From NCBI GenBank assembly GCA_963514005.1, contig OY740814.1, positions 14,942,001-15,006,000 of the forward strand: a DNA stretch of 64,000 bases, given 5' to 3'. The position numbers and the translations under genes are program-made. Below the pieces are notes generated by a model, which was given only the letters and a program-made list of their open reading frames with translations, had not been told where the DNA came from and did not search any database. Positions 32,001-44,000 of the stretch are shown in pieces; positions within the stretch are counted from its first letter, which is position 1; every line of letters starts with the position of its first letter. The DNA comes from Raja brachyura (taxonomy: Eukaryota).

Positions 32001-35000
32001 TTGGATGTGGATGAGAAAGTGGGATAACAGAACTAGTGCGAATGAGGGAATTGATAGTCAGCATTGACTTGGGCCAAAGATCCTGTTTCCATGCTGTGTT
32101 TCTTTTAAAAAAAAAATGTTGAATGGCAAAGCAAGCTCAAAGTGCCAACGTCCGCTATTTCTCATGATTTGCTGGGTAGATTTCAGTACCACGTTCTCAG
32201 TATATTGTGCTTCTATATTTTGAAAATTCTTGGGTGTGCCTACAGAAATAATTTGTGTAAAGTACATGAATAGCATTTTTTATATTTTAATTTGCTGGGT
32301 CATAGCTTAAATTGTAGATAATTAATGTCTTGAGGACATGACATTTCCTTCAAAACACCTGTAGTTTTTTTTTACCAGGCTTGAGTTCACACAAGTGGGA
32401 TCTGCCTGTATTAAACATTTCTCAAATTTACCTAGTGGTTGAAATGTTGTGGTTGAAATGAAGATCACATTATTGCCAAGAATTATCCATGCACATATCC
32501 TGTTCTACAACTCAGTGACACATCAAATTAGTACCAATAAGGTGTGAAATTGTACTCTTTATCTTACCCCCACTACACCCACCAACATCATTATTATGTT
32601 TTCAATTGTTTATCTGGTAGGTTAGATCTTTATCATCTTTATTTGTGTTGTCTACTTTATAACTGTGCTTGCAGGTTTTAAGTAATTTATAGTTATAAAG
32701 TGCTTTGGGATGTTCAAAGATTGGCTAAAAATGTATTTATCTTTATTTGCCTCACAGGATGATGTCCAAGTATACATTGTAGATGAAGTGAATAAAAGTC
32801 CCTTGCGTGCATTCTGGAAGGAGAATGCATCGGTGTTCATAGCAGAAATGGCAGTAAGTATGTAAATTATAATTCTATCTTAAATTGCTCAAGCTTGCTG
32901 AAAGATGTTTCCAGCAACATAATTTGAGGCTAATATACTTAATGATGAATTAAGTCTGAACACGAAGGCAAGACTTTATTTTGTGACTTTGTGCTTTGGC
33001 TTCTTGTCACTCCAAGTAAAAGGATGATGACATTTCCAAATTTCCACATATCAAAATCATAACAGCAGTAAACTGCATAATGTCTATCTCTCCATAACCT
33101 TTCATATTCATTTTCTGTATTTACTTTTGATTTTTTTCTGCCATTCAGGCATAATGTTTTCCATTACAGATCCTTGTCATCTGATTGAAGTTTATTAAAA
33201 AAATGATGTTTTTGAGAACAGTGGAAGAACCTTTTGTTTTCATTATGATTCCTTCTGACTGTTCGTGGGGAGAGATCAAATCACAATACGTATTTCCAAA
33301 CACTCTCTTAAAGAACTTACACATTTTAAAATCTAAGAGAGGGTAGACATAAAATGCTGGAGTCTGAAGAAGGGTCTCGACCCGAAACGACACCCATTTC
33401 TTCTCTCCAGAGATGCTGCCTGTCCTGCTGAGTTACTCCAGCACTTTGTGTCTACCTTTGATTTAAACCAGCATCTGCTGTTCTTATTACACATTAAAAT
33501 CCAAGAGATTCTTTCATTTTTATTTTCCATGCATTTAAAATTGTATTGTGTGTTGATTAGTGGATTGTGTGATATAGATCCTTAGAAAATCCCTAACTTA
33601 ATTATGAGCTGCAAGTTCAATTGTTGGGGAAAACTGGGACAGTAGAATTTGACCCAGTTTTAACTTTATTCTAGAGTTTAAAAAAATGTGTTACAAGTTG
33701 TGGTAAGTGTCTGGAAACTGCTTTTGAATTGGACTAGGCTCTGATTTGTGCCCTACAGTTGGTTATCTGCAATACTTAATATTCATGATCACACTTGATG
33801 AATTTGTTTGGAAATTTTGAGTCTTTAGATAAAGCATTGCTACAAATGCACAATGCTTTTGTGATACACAGACAGCAGAGCTATAAGTTTTTATTTTCTT
33901 CAGTTCCTTGGGCTGACTACAGATTCCCTTTTTCCCCATAGTCACCTAAAGAGAATGAAGACGACTTGGAAGACACTTTTAATAATGATAATGAAACCAG
34001 GAAGGTAACATCTAGTAATTTAGAAGATGTGGGTCCATTACCTCTATCGGTCATGAAAGCAAGGTAAAAGCAAAATAATAGCAGTGTCATATACCATACA
34101 TTGAAGTTTGGTCACATGCTTTGCACAGTTTGGAGAAATACTGTTCATTTCTCAGATTCACATTGAAAATGATATAATTCTTCAATTCGGAAAGCTTTCT
34201 TGCTGAATTGTATTATTCATGGTAATTAACCCGTTTTTTTATCTTTGGAATGATTGCAATTCTTAGCACTCAAACATGGAACTGTATGCATGCTATAGAA
34301 TATAATAATAATAATAGTTGTGATTCCCTCTAAAGGTAATGAGAATTAATTTGTATGTGATGATGTAAGTATGTCTTATCAATGGGCAAGGTCATATCAA
34401 AGGTGGATAATTTGATCATTGATAGATGGTGCTGATCATATTGAAGGGTAATAGCAAAAAGATAATTGGAAGTTTTATTGGAATTAAAATGTTCGCAATT
34501 TTCTGTGCTAGTTGGTTTGTCGGACTAATTTGTAGGAATGGATCGCAATTGTTTTTGTGGTAGACACAGAAATTTTCCTTAAAAGTACCTGTCACGTACA
34601 AAATATTAATATCTGTTGTTGGGGCAAGGGCTAGGTATTAGCCTAATAATTTAATCTTCAAACAATCTAACTACATTTGCTCAAAATCATAATTAAGGGT
34701 AAGCAAGGGGCGAATAGGGCAAATAAAGTGACTGAAAGGGGTACATGTACACAGATTGAACACAACTATAAAGAAAATGCTATATTGATGTTGGTGTATT
34801 ATTGTCATTTGTACTGAGACACAGTGAACATTTTTTGTTGTGCATCCTACCCAGTCTAATCATACCATGCATGGTTCCAATCAAGCCATATGCAAGTACA
34901 ATAGGTAGTGCAAAGAGAAAAATAACAATTTTTAATAAATTAAAACAAAATACAATTTTTGTTTAAAGTGCAAGAGCCGCAATGAGGTAGGTTGGGAGAT

Positions 35001-38000
35001 CGGGCTTTTGACTTTTTTGTACAAATGATACAATTCCGTAGTCCTGCGGGTCTTTTGGGAAGCTATAACTGGTGTAAGCAGGATTGAACCCCTGCAAAAT
35101 AGTACGACTGTTTCAAAATACTTAAAAACAAAATGAAAATATTCAAAGATAGCAGAGGTCATCGGTAATCAAAATATCAGTAACTATGACACAAAAAGAA
35201 GACGCATAGTGTTGGAGTAATTCAGAGGATCAGGCAGCATCTCTATAAAACACGGATAGGAGCTGTTTGGTAGATGGTTAGACAAAGGCTAGAGATCAAA
35301 AGTATGAGATACGGATAGAGGAGACGTGAAATGTGAAGCCGAAGGAAGGAATATGGGTGGGGGATGGAGAAATCGGTGCAGATGGGGGGGGATAGGTGGG
35401 ATTGGCTGTAGGTTCTTCTTCTTGCGTATGGCGTGCGCAGCCTAAAGCTGTAGGACAACCTGTTCTATTTGATTGTGCACGCCGAGTTGATTGCATTCGT
35501 CGAAACGGGGCGGACAACCTGAAGGTTACAATCTTCCACCCCTCTGTAGGTTAATTGCCTAAAACTAGTGAATTCAATGTTCAGTGATTGTTCAGCCACA
35601 CATTTAACGATGAATTAGGTTTAACATTGAATTCTCCAATTAGCGGTAACTAATCTCGAAAAAAATCACTTCCACCCTCACCCTCCTCTCCTCATCTGTT
35701 CCCTGTGCCACGACTAGATGTGGACCGATTTCTCCCTTTCCCCTTCCTGAACCTGGAGGTCGTGATTTTCAGATTCCTATATCATCTTCCCAGTATTGAG
35801 TGAAATGAGAATGTGGCCAGGATAGTGTGGTCCTTGATGATGCTAGCTGCCTTTTTGATCACCCCTTTGATGGTGGGGAGGACATTACCTATGATGGACT
35901 GGACAGCATGCATTAATTTTTGTAAACTGCTTTGTTTCTGGAAATTCAAATTGTCGAACCAGGCCATGATGCAAAGCAATATTCTCTAGACCCTGCACCT
36001 GTCCCACACCTACCTCTCTTCCAGCATTTTCTCCCTCCCTCACAATCACAATCGGTCTGAAGAAAGATCCTGAGCCAATACATGGCCTATCCATGTTCTC
36101 CATAGATGCTGCCTGACCCTTTGGGTTACTCTAGCACATTGTGGTATTTTTAAATAAGCTACATTGGAAGTTTCTTGAGGCTAGTATCTATGACACACTT
36201 GACTTAAATCCAAGTTTACTTCTTGTATTACTTTCTCATCTACAATGTTTATCTATTTATTTTTCCTCCTCACAGACAATTAGTTTCCTGGTACACCTTG
36301 GCCCATAATCCGCACATGTCACAGATGACCAACTGCATTGTGCCTACTACGTTTCCTTCACTGTGGGTTAGATGTGATGCCTCTGACTCTGAAGGCACTG
36401 TTTGGTTTGGAGCAGAACCCATTAAAACTGGGAAAGAGATTGCGTCAATGATTTTCCACATAGTCACTTGCTCTGGTAAGATGGCATGAAAGCCATTTTT
36501 AAAATAATTGCATTAAACGTTAGCTGAGTCAGTTTACTAGGAGGTGTGATTGCAGCCTAACAAGTTAAAATCAATACGTTCCATTCAAATATGGGTTGAA
36601 TACACAACATAAAAATGCAACCACTAGAACAGGGGTCGGCAACCTTGTTCTGCACAGGGACCGGGACGCATGTCTGAGCGGATGGCGGGCCACATCTATC
36701 ACTTGTACACATGGATCGCACCCTGGATGGCAGGCATCAAATCACGTGTTCACAGAATGCTGGAGAAACTCAGCCGGTGAGGCAGCCTCATGCAATCCTT
36801 GCATGTCTCACCCGCTGAGTTTCTCCAACATTTTTGTCTACCGTTGAGTTTTTTAGCATCTGCAGTTCTTTCTTGTGCACTGGTGAGATGTCATCATAGC
36901 CCTTTTTAAAATAATTTGCCCTTCAAGCCTGCCCCTCCATTCAATATGATCCTGGCTGACCAATCCTTGGCCTAACTTTCTTATCTGTGCCAGATCCCTC
37001 AATCTTTCAAAAACGTATCAACCGGCACTAAAGAATATTTCTAATGAGTAACCTCATCAACTCTTTGAGGCAGAGAATTCCAAAGAGTCACCAGTCTCTT
37101 CGAGAAGAAATTTGCATATATCATGGTTTTAAATGACTACTATCCCCCTTATCTTTAAACTATGTCCCTCTTTCAACAAGGAAAAACATCTCAACCCTTT
37201 ACCCTGTCCTGCCCCTTCAGGATCTTCTAAATTTCAATAAGATCACAGCTCCACGAACGACTTGTTAAGGCAGTGAAGGAAGCCATTTGGCCCACCATTT
37301 AAGATATAGTATATAAAACTTAATGGAATAGTTTGGTGGTAAATTTAAGTATAAAAAATATAAAATATAGTTTATTTTGTCAGCAGATTAGATTGTGAAA
37401 TTATCATAAATATGCTGATTCTTTTAATCTTTAAGTTTATATTGAACGCACAAAGACCATTTTGAGTTTGACTGTAATTCCTTATTCTTTTAGGACCAAT
37501 TGTTGACAAAAACAGTTTCACAACCTTAGAAAGTTTGAAAACTACACACAAGGACAGACATCTTTGTTCTGCTGTAGGTATTCTTACCCCTTGTCAATTA
37601 TAAATGACCTTGATAAAGCTTCAAATTTTAAAATATGTTGCGAAGGTTAAGCCTCTGGTTTTGTTATTAAACTCTTTTCAATTTTAATCAAGATAATGTA
37701 CGTGATTCCTTGGTCTAGTTGCTTCGATCCACCGCTCCTACTGTAATCATAAATTGAGGTCATTAACCTGAAACACTAACTCTTTATCCCTCCCTACACA
37801 TGCAGCTGGCCTCCTCAGCTTTCCAGAATTTTCTGGGGGTTTTTAATTCTTATTTCCAGAGCCTGGTATTTTACCAGTATTTATTAAATTTTGTATGGAT
37901 TTTTTTTTTTTAGGAGTTTAGGAGTGTGCAAACATATATTTAGATGTTGTAGTGATTTATAAATTACATTACTGTCACAAACTCAGGATGTGCCAGAGTT

Positions 38001-41000
38001 TTTTATGGTCAATTCAATCATTTTTACAGTTCAGTGATAGTTGGATTACGGAAACCTGAGCAGCTAATATGCATGCAGAATGCTGTCTCCATCTACAATA
38101 TTTCTGTGTGCAAAATGACTGTTGAACAGCAGAGACCCATGGAGTCACGGACCTATACAGCAGAGAAACAGGCCCTTTAACCCACTTTTTCCATGCTGCC
38201 CAAGTTGCCTAACCAAGGTAGCCCCACTTGCCTGCGATTGTCCCATATTCCTTTCCTATCCATGTACTGGCCTAAGCACTTTTATATGCAATAAGTCTTC
38301 CCCACTTCTCCACTTCCTCCTCATCTGTACACACCAGGCTCTGTGTGAAAAAGTTGCTCCTTAAAAGTCACCTTAAACCTATACCTCTAGTTTTATACTC
38401 ACCTACACTATGGAGATAAAGACTGTGGCGAGTCATCTTATATATGTCCCTCGTAATGATATGTAGCTTTGTAAGATCTCCCGCTAGTCTCCAACGCCGC
38501 AAGGAAAACGATCCAACCAATCCAGATTTGCTTTATGCGGCCTTGCCAACGTCCAGTTCAGCTAAAACATAACGTCCCAACTCTACACAAAACCCTGCCC
38601 TATGTGCCGAACCCCGAAGCATGCCAAATGCTGCTGCCATTTATCTGAATTAAACTCTATCTGCCATTCTTTGGCTCAGTTGATCAGGATTAGCATCCTA
38701 TTGTAATCATAGACCACCTTCTCTGCCTACTACACTACCAATCTTACTGTCAGACACAAATTTACCAGCTATGGCAAATACATTCCCATGAAAATCATTA
38801 ATATTAATAAAGAGCAACAGTGGACCCAGTACTGATCCTTGTGGTGCACCACTTTTTACAGTCTGAAAAACAATAATCTGGTACCACCCTCTGTTTATGA
38901 GGCTTTATGCCATTTTTCTATCCAACTGGTTATATTGCCTTGGGTCCCATGCAATCTAATCTTCCAGATGCAGTACCTTGTCAAATATCTCATTACCTAT
39001 AAAAAACTTTGTATTTTGCTGAGGATTTGATCAGTCAGATAGGATTTGACAGAAAATATATTTTTTAATGTACTAATATTTCAGTACCCAGAGTTATGGT
39101 TTATTGTCATCATGCAGATATCGACCAAAGGCTATGCACAATATGATTTGTTCGGTGCTTCCATTTTGGAGAATACAATCATGGATTCACAGAGTAATAT
39201 TATGGTGGATTTAGCTTGGAACAACGTGGTGAAAACCCTAGAAGCTCCCTCACATTCATCGGTTGCCACCCTGGTAAGTAAATGTGTATTATTAAAGTAT
39301 TAATTTGGTACAATATATTATGAAATAAATTAATAGGTTTATCACAAATGGCATGAGGTTGATTGGGTGAGCGAGAGAAACCATTTATTTTGCATTTGGG
39401 AAGTTCTATCCCTTTTCCGCACTTTTAATTTGCTGTTGATGCCAAATTGCTGACTCTGCCACATATGCAGCGCAATGTATTCAGCCATTAGGGAATTGTT
39501 GATCCTGACAATGAACTTCAATTTTGCTCTGTGCACTGCTGTGGAGCATTGGCTTTTCAGTGTAAAATTCATACACTGTTCTCTTACACTCATTTTCATT
39601 ATGCCAGGCTAAAGATTAGCTGAAGTCTATTTTGGGGTAGCCAAAATTTTGTTCTTGGAGAATAGCTTTCAAGTTGGATCTGAAGATTGCATCTGAAGTC
39701 ATTGCTGGGGAAATATCCATATGCATGATGGGCAAGTGCTGGCCACGTGCACCAACGTCTGAGTGTGTACAATTTAATTTGGCATTCCATGCACAAATAT
39801 CTGCCTTGCACTTGTACCTGCGTAGAGGCAGATCTCCAGATCACGTAATGGTTCATGAGACTTTCCATAAACTGATTTTTACAAAATACGGACACAAACA
39901 ATTTCAATGCAGGCAGATTAATATGAACATTTATTTATTGTCTTCCCGTGTCGTTACAATGATACAAAATCAGAATATCACGCATCCAGCAATGAGTTTC
40001 GATGGCCGTAAAGTATCATTGTTTGCTAAAGCATATTACAAATGTCAATAACGAGATTGCCTTGTCAATTTCCAAATCAAATTCCTTGGTGGCGTCCTGT
40101 TGTGAACCTAAGCTGAGTTCTAAAAGACAATAGTGTCTGTTTAATTACAGGGGGGAACTTGTATATGAACAGATGTTTTGTTTTGAAGACTTTTGATTTT
40201 AAATTAACAAACTGCTACCCTGTTCCATAACTCATGAAGATTTTTGCATTGCTCTAACTAGCTTTCCTTGTTGAAAAATTCTTGAAACATTTATGAGATA
40301 ATTTGCATACGGTCATATTTCCATACTTTTTGCTGAAATATAATGTTGACGAGAGGTTACTGGGCCACTGGGTTTATGTCTGGAAGGTATGTTTAACTAA
40401 TTTCCTTTTTCTCCCCATCCTCCATTACTGCTGCCCCCAGCCTTCCCTCGAACCCTGATCCGAATCCAATTATCCCTACCCGACTCCTGGACTTTGAGTT
40501 TCCAGCACCCCATTTCACTCCCTAATGTTTACTCAGTGATCTCCGTTATTTGTACTTTTGACGATTTTGTACATGAAATCTGGCTTTAGACAACATTGTG
40601 TCCTTGTTTGTGGTGGATTATCCAAACCCAGTTACTTTAGATCACATGATCCATTGATCCAAGGTTTGAGCATCTCTGCTCTGTGTTTCTTGCAAGGAGT
40701 GGGGTGGTCAGACCTGATCCACCCCTTTGTATTCATAGAGGATAAGATGGAAAATGTCATGATCAGAGGTTTGGCAGTTAGGATCCATCCTGAGGAAAAT
40801 AAGACATAAACAATAGACAATAGGTGCAGGAGCAGGCCATTCGGCCCTTCGAGCCAGCACCGCCAATCAATGTGATCATGGCTGATCATCCACAATCAGT
40901 ACCCTGTTCCTGCCTTCTCCCCATATCCCCTGACTCCGCTATCTTTAAGAGCCCTATCTAATTCTCTCTTGAAAGCATGCAGAGAACCGGCCTCCACCGC

Positions 41001-44000
41001 CTTCTGAGGCAGAGAATTCCACTCTCTGTGTGAAAAAGTCTTTCCTCATCTCCTTTCTAAATGGCTAACCCCTTATTCTTAAACTGTGGCCCCTCCTGGT
41101 TCTAGACTCCCCCAACATCGGGAACATGTTTCCTGTCTTTAGTGTGTCCAAATCATTAATAATCTTATATGTTTCAATAAGATTCCCCCTCATTCTTCTA
41201 AATTCCAGAGTATGCAAGCCCAGCCGCTCCATTCTATCAACATATGACAGTCCCGCCATCCCGGGAATTAACCTGGTGAACCTATGCTGCACTCCCTCAA
41301 TAGCAAGAATGCCCTTCCTCAAATTTGGAGACCAAAACTGCACACAATATTTGTAATAGTACCACATTTCACCAAGTGCGTTGTCCAATTGTAGGTTAGT
41401 TTAAGTTGGTTGTGATTTGTATCTGGGATCGACTTTCAAAATTTTTATAGTATTATCTCGCATAATGAAGTCCTATAAAATGAAGATTGATTTGTGGAAG
41501 CTTCATTCTGGAACCTCCTTTCCCTTTACTACAAATTGTTTGGCAATGTCTTGTTGATTTTTTAATGTCCGTACATAATGTCTTCTGTAATATTGTGTTT
41601 TATCAGTTTCCAAGAGCACTTTAAATGAGTTATTGTATTCTCACTTTCAAAACTAACTGCCATTTAAAAAAAAAGTCTCATCAGTTACAGTTTCTCTTTC
41701 CTTGTATCTGTGATTTATTTAGAATATCAAAATGGAACCTGGAGACCAGAGAAGTCCCGTTTATCAAATATATAAGGAACTAGAATTTCTCCTTGTAAGT
41801 ATTTCAAATAGCTATTGGAATAATTTGTGTTCTTTAATGTTCTTGTGTGATTTTTAAGAGCAGATTTGAATTGTCTTGTTCTAACAAATTGTAGCCTGAA
41901 TACATTTCTTGTTCTTAACAAACATTATCAAAATTGACTTGATGCGCTGCATTTAACAATGTTGTACACTGTCACTTTGTGAAGCAACACATGATTATCT
42001 TGCATATTGAGGAGGGTTGCGTTTGAGAGTGTGTGGATCTTGGCACAAAATCTTCTATTTTTAAAGCTACAATAATAATGAGTGATTTAAGCTATTCATT
42101 TGGTTGAACCAAAATTTGACTTTGCTATTTTTTTTTAATGTTTTTGTGAACAAAAAAGTTAGAGCAAAGTTAATTGATGGTGTATGTTAATTATAAAATT
42201 GGCAATTTTGCATTTGTTAAATTCATTATTTCCTACCTTATCAGAAATTTGTGGTTAGCTGTATCAATAGCCCTCTTACTATCAGTGGCAGCACAATTAT
42301 ATAATGTGGTTGGTGATGGCATGGTGCATGGAGGGATGGAGAGTGGTTGAATAAACTACACCTGTTTCCGCCCTTAGCCTGTACCTGACAAACTATGTAC
42401 CAGCAGCATAGTTCTAGGATGTCATAGAGTGATATGGTGTGGAAACAGGCTCTTCGGCCCAACGTGTCCCAGCTACACTAGTTCCACCTGCTTGCGCTTG
42501 GTCCATATCCCTCCAAACCTGTCCTATCCATGTACCTGTCTAACTGTTTCTTAAACGATGGGATAGATCCAGCCTCAACTATCTCCTCTGGCAGCTTGTT
42601 CCATACACCCACCAAGCTCAGTGTGAAATAATTACCCCACAGATTCCTATTAAATCTTTCTTCCCCCCCCCCCCCCCACTTCTCTTCCCCTCACTCCCCT
42701 TCTCCCCACCCCCTCCAAGCTCTCTACAGGACTTACCTTAAACTGTGCAGCCGTTTTACCTTCTTCATCAAAGGTGTGATTTTCAGACGGCGCTCCCCCA
42801 CTTTCCCTGGCCCCCACCTTTGCGATGTGTGTGTGTGTGTGTGTGCGGTCGGTCGATCCAGATCGCGGTTTCAACACGGACGGTCGCTCCAGCTCGATGC
42901 TTTCCAGGCGAATGCCCTCGAGCTTGAAGGTCGAAGACACTCTTCTGGACTCGCGGATTAGGTCGCCCTAGTGGGACAGCCCCTTAACTCTATCGTGTAT
43001 TGTGTTCTTTTTATTGTGTGGCTGTCTGGTAACTCAAATCTCACTGTACCAATTGGTGCATGTGACAATAAGTGTAACTTGAAATTGTTTCCTATGTGCT
43101 TTGTTACAGGTTTTAGCTGAAGGACTGAAAACCGGTGAAACTGGGTGGCCAGAGGTTCTGGAAGAAAAATCTGCAGTTGAAGTTGTGAAAGAATTAATTG
43201 AAGGTACAGAGTTTTCATATTTGAGCAATATCTGCTTTAATTTGGTGAAATGATTTGAATGTATAACCGAATAGATCTTAACAGAAGTGTTTATGTGATT
43301 AAGCCCATGGTAATTGGCAATTTACTCTTCACTACATCATATTAATAATACTAATGAAAACTGCTGATTAGGTTTATTCTCTGTAGCTATAATATTAATT
43401 TAAAATACGGCAGTTGAGATATCACTTTTTACCTAAAAGTCTTTGTCTTGTTTGTGTCCACGATGTGTCAATCTGGTTTTCCTATTTACTTCCAAACGCT
43501 AGGCCACAGCCTTCCCATTTTCACACATCCTACTCACATTTTTCTCCTTGTGGCAATAATATCTTCCCGTACCTATATTTCCGCATTTGAAAAACAGCCC
43601 CAAAAACGTACCCATTTTTGAAAAAATGCACTCGCAGGGCAGGACGGGACCCTCCGGGTGGGAGGGGCATTCCAATGCTCGCGGTAAACGAGGAGTGGCG
43701 GCGTATGACGGCCGCCCGGTACCTGGTGGAGAGGGTGGTGCAGCGGGCCGAGCCCGGAGACTGGGCCTGGGTTGGAGCCAAGCCTGGTGCTGGAGCTGGA
43801 GTTGGAATGAGGGCCGAGCCTGGGGCTTGGGATGGAGCCGTGACCGGTGCCCAGCAAGAAACTGCTGCTGGAACCAAGGATGAGCCTGGATCCAGGTTCA
43901 GGGATGCGCCTGGAGGTGAAGTTGGGGTTGACCTGATGGCTGGAGTCTACAGCCAGGGCTGGGCTGAGTATGTGAACCTGGAGCTGCTCTACGTCCTGGT

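Noticed and set aside
36629-36680. CAGGGGTCGGCAACCT hAT-like terminus
   Set aside because: No matching second TIR or TSD found, so it is too fragmentary to delimit.
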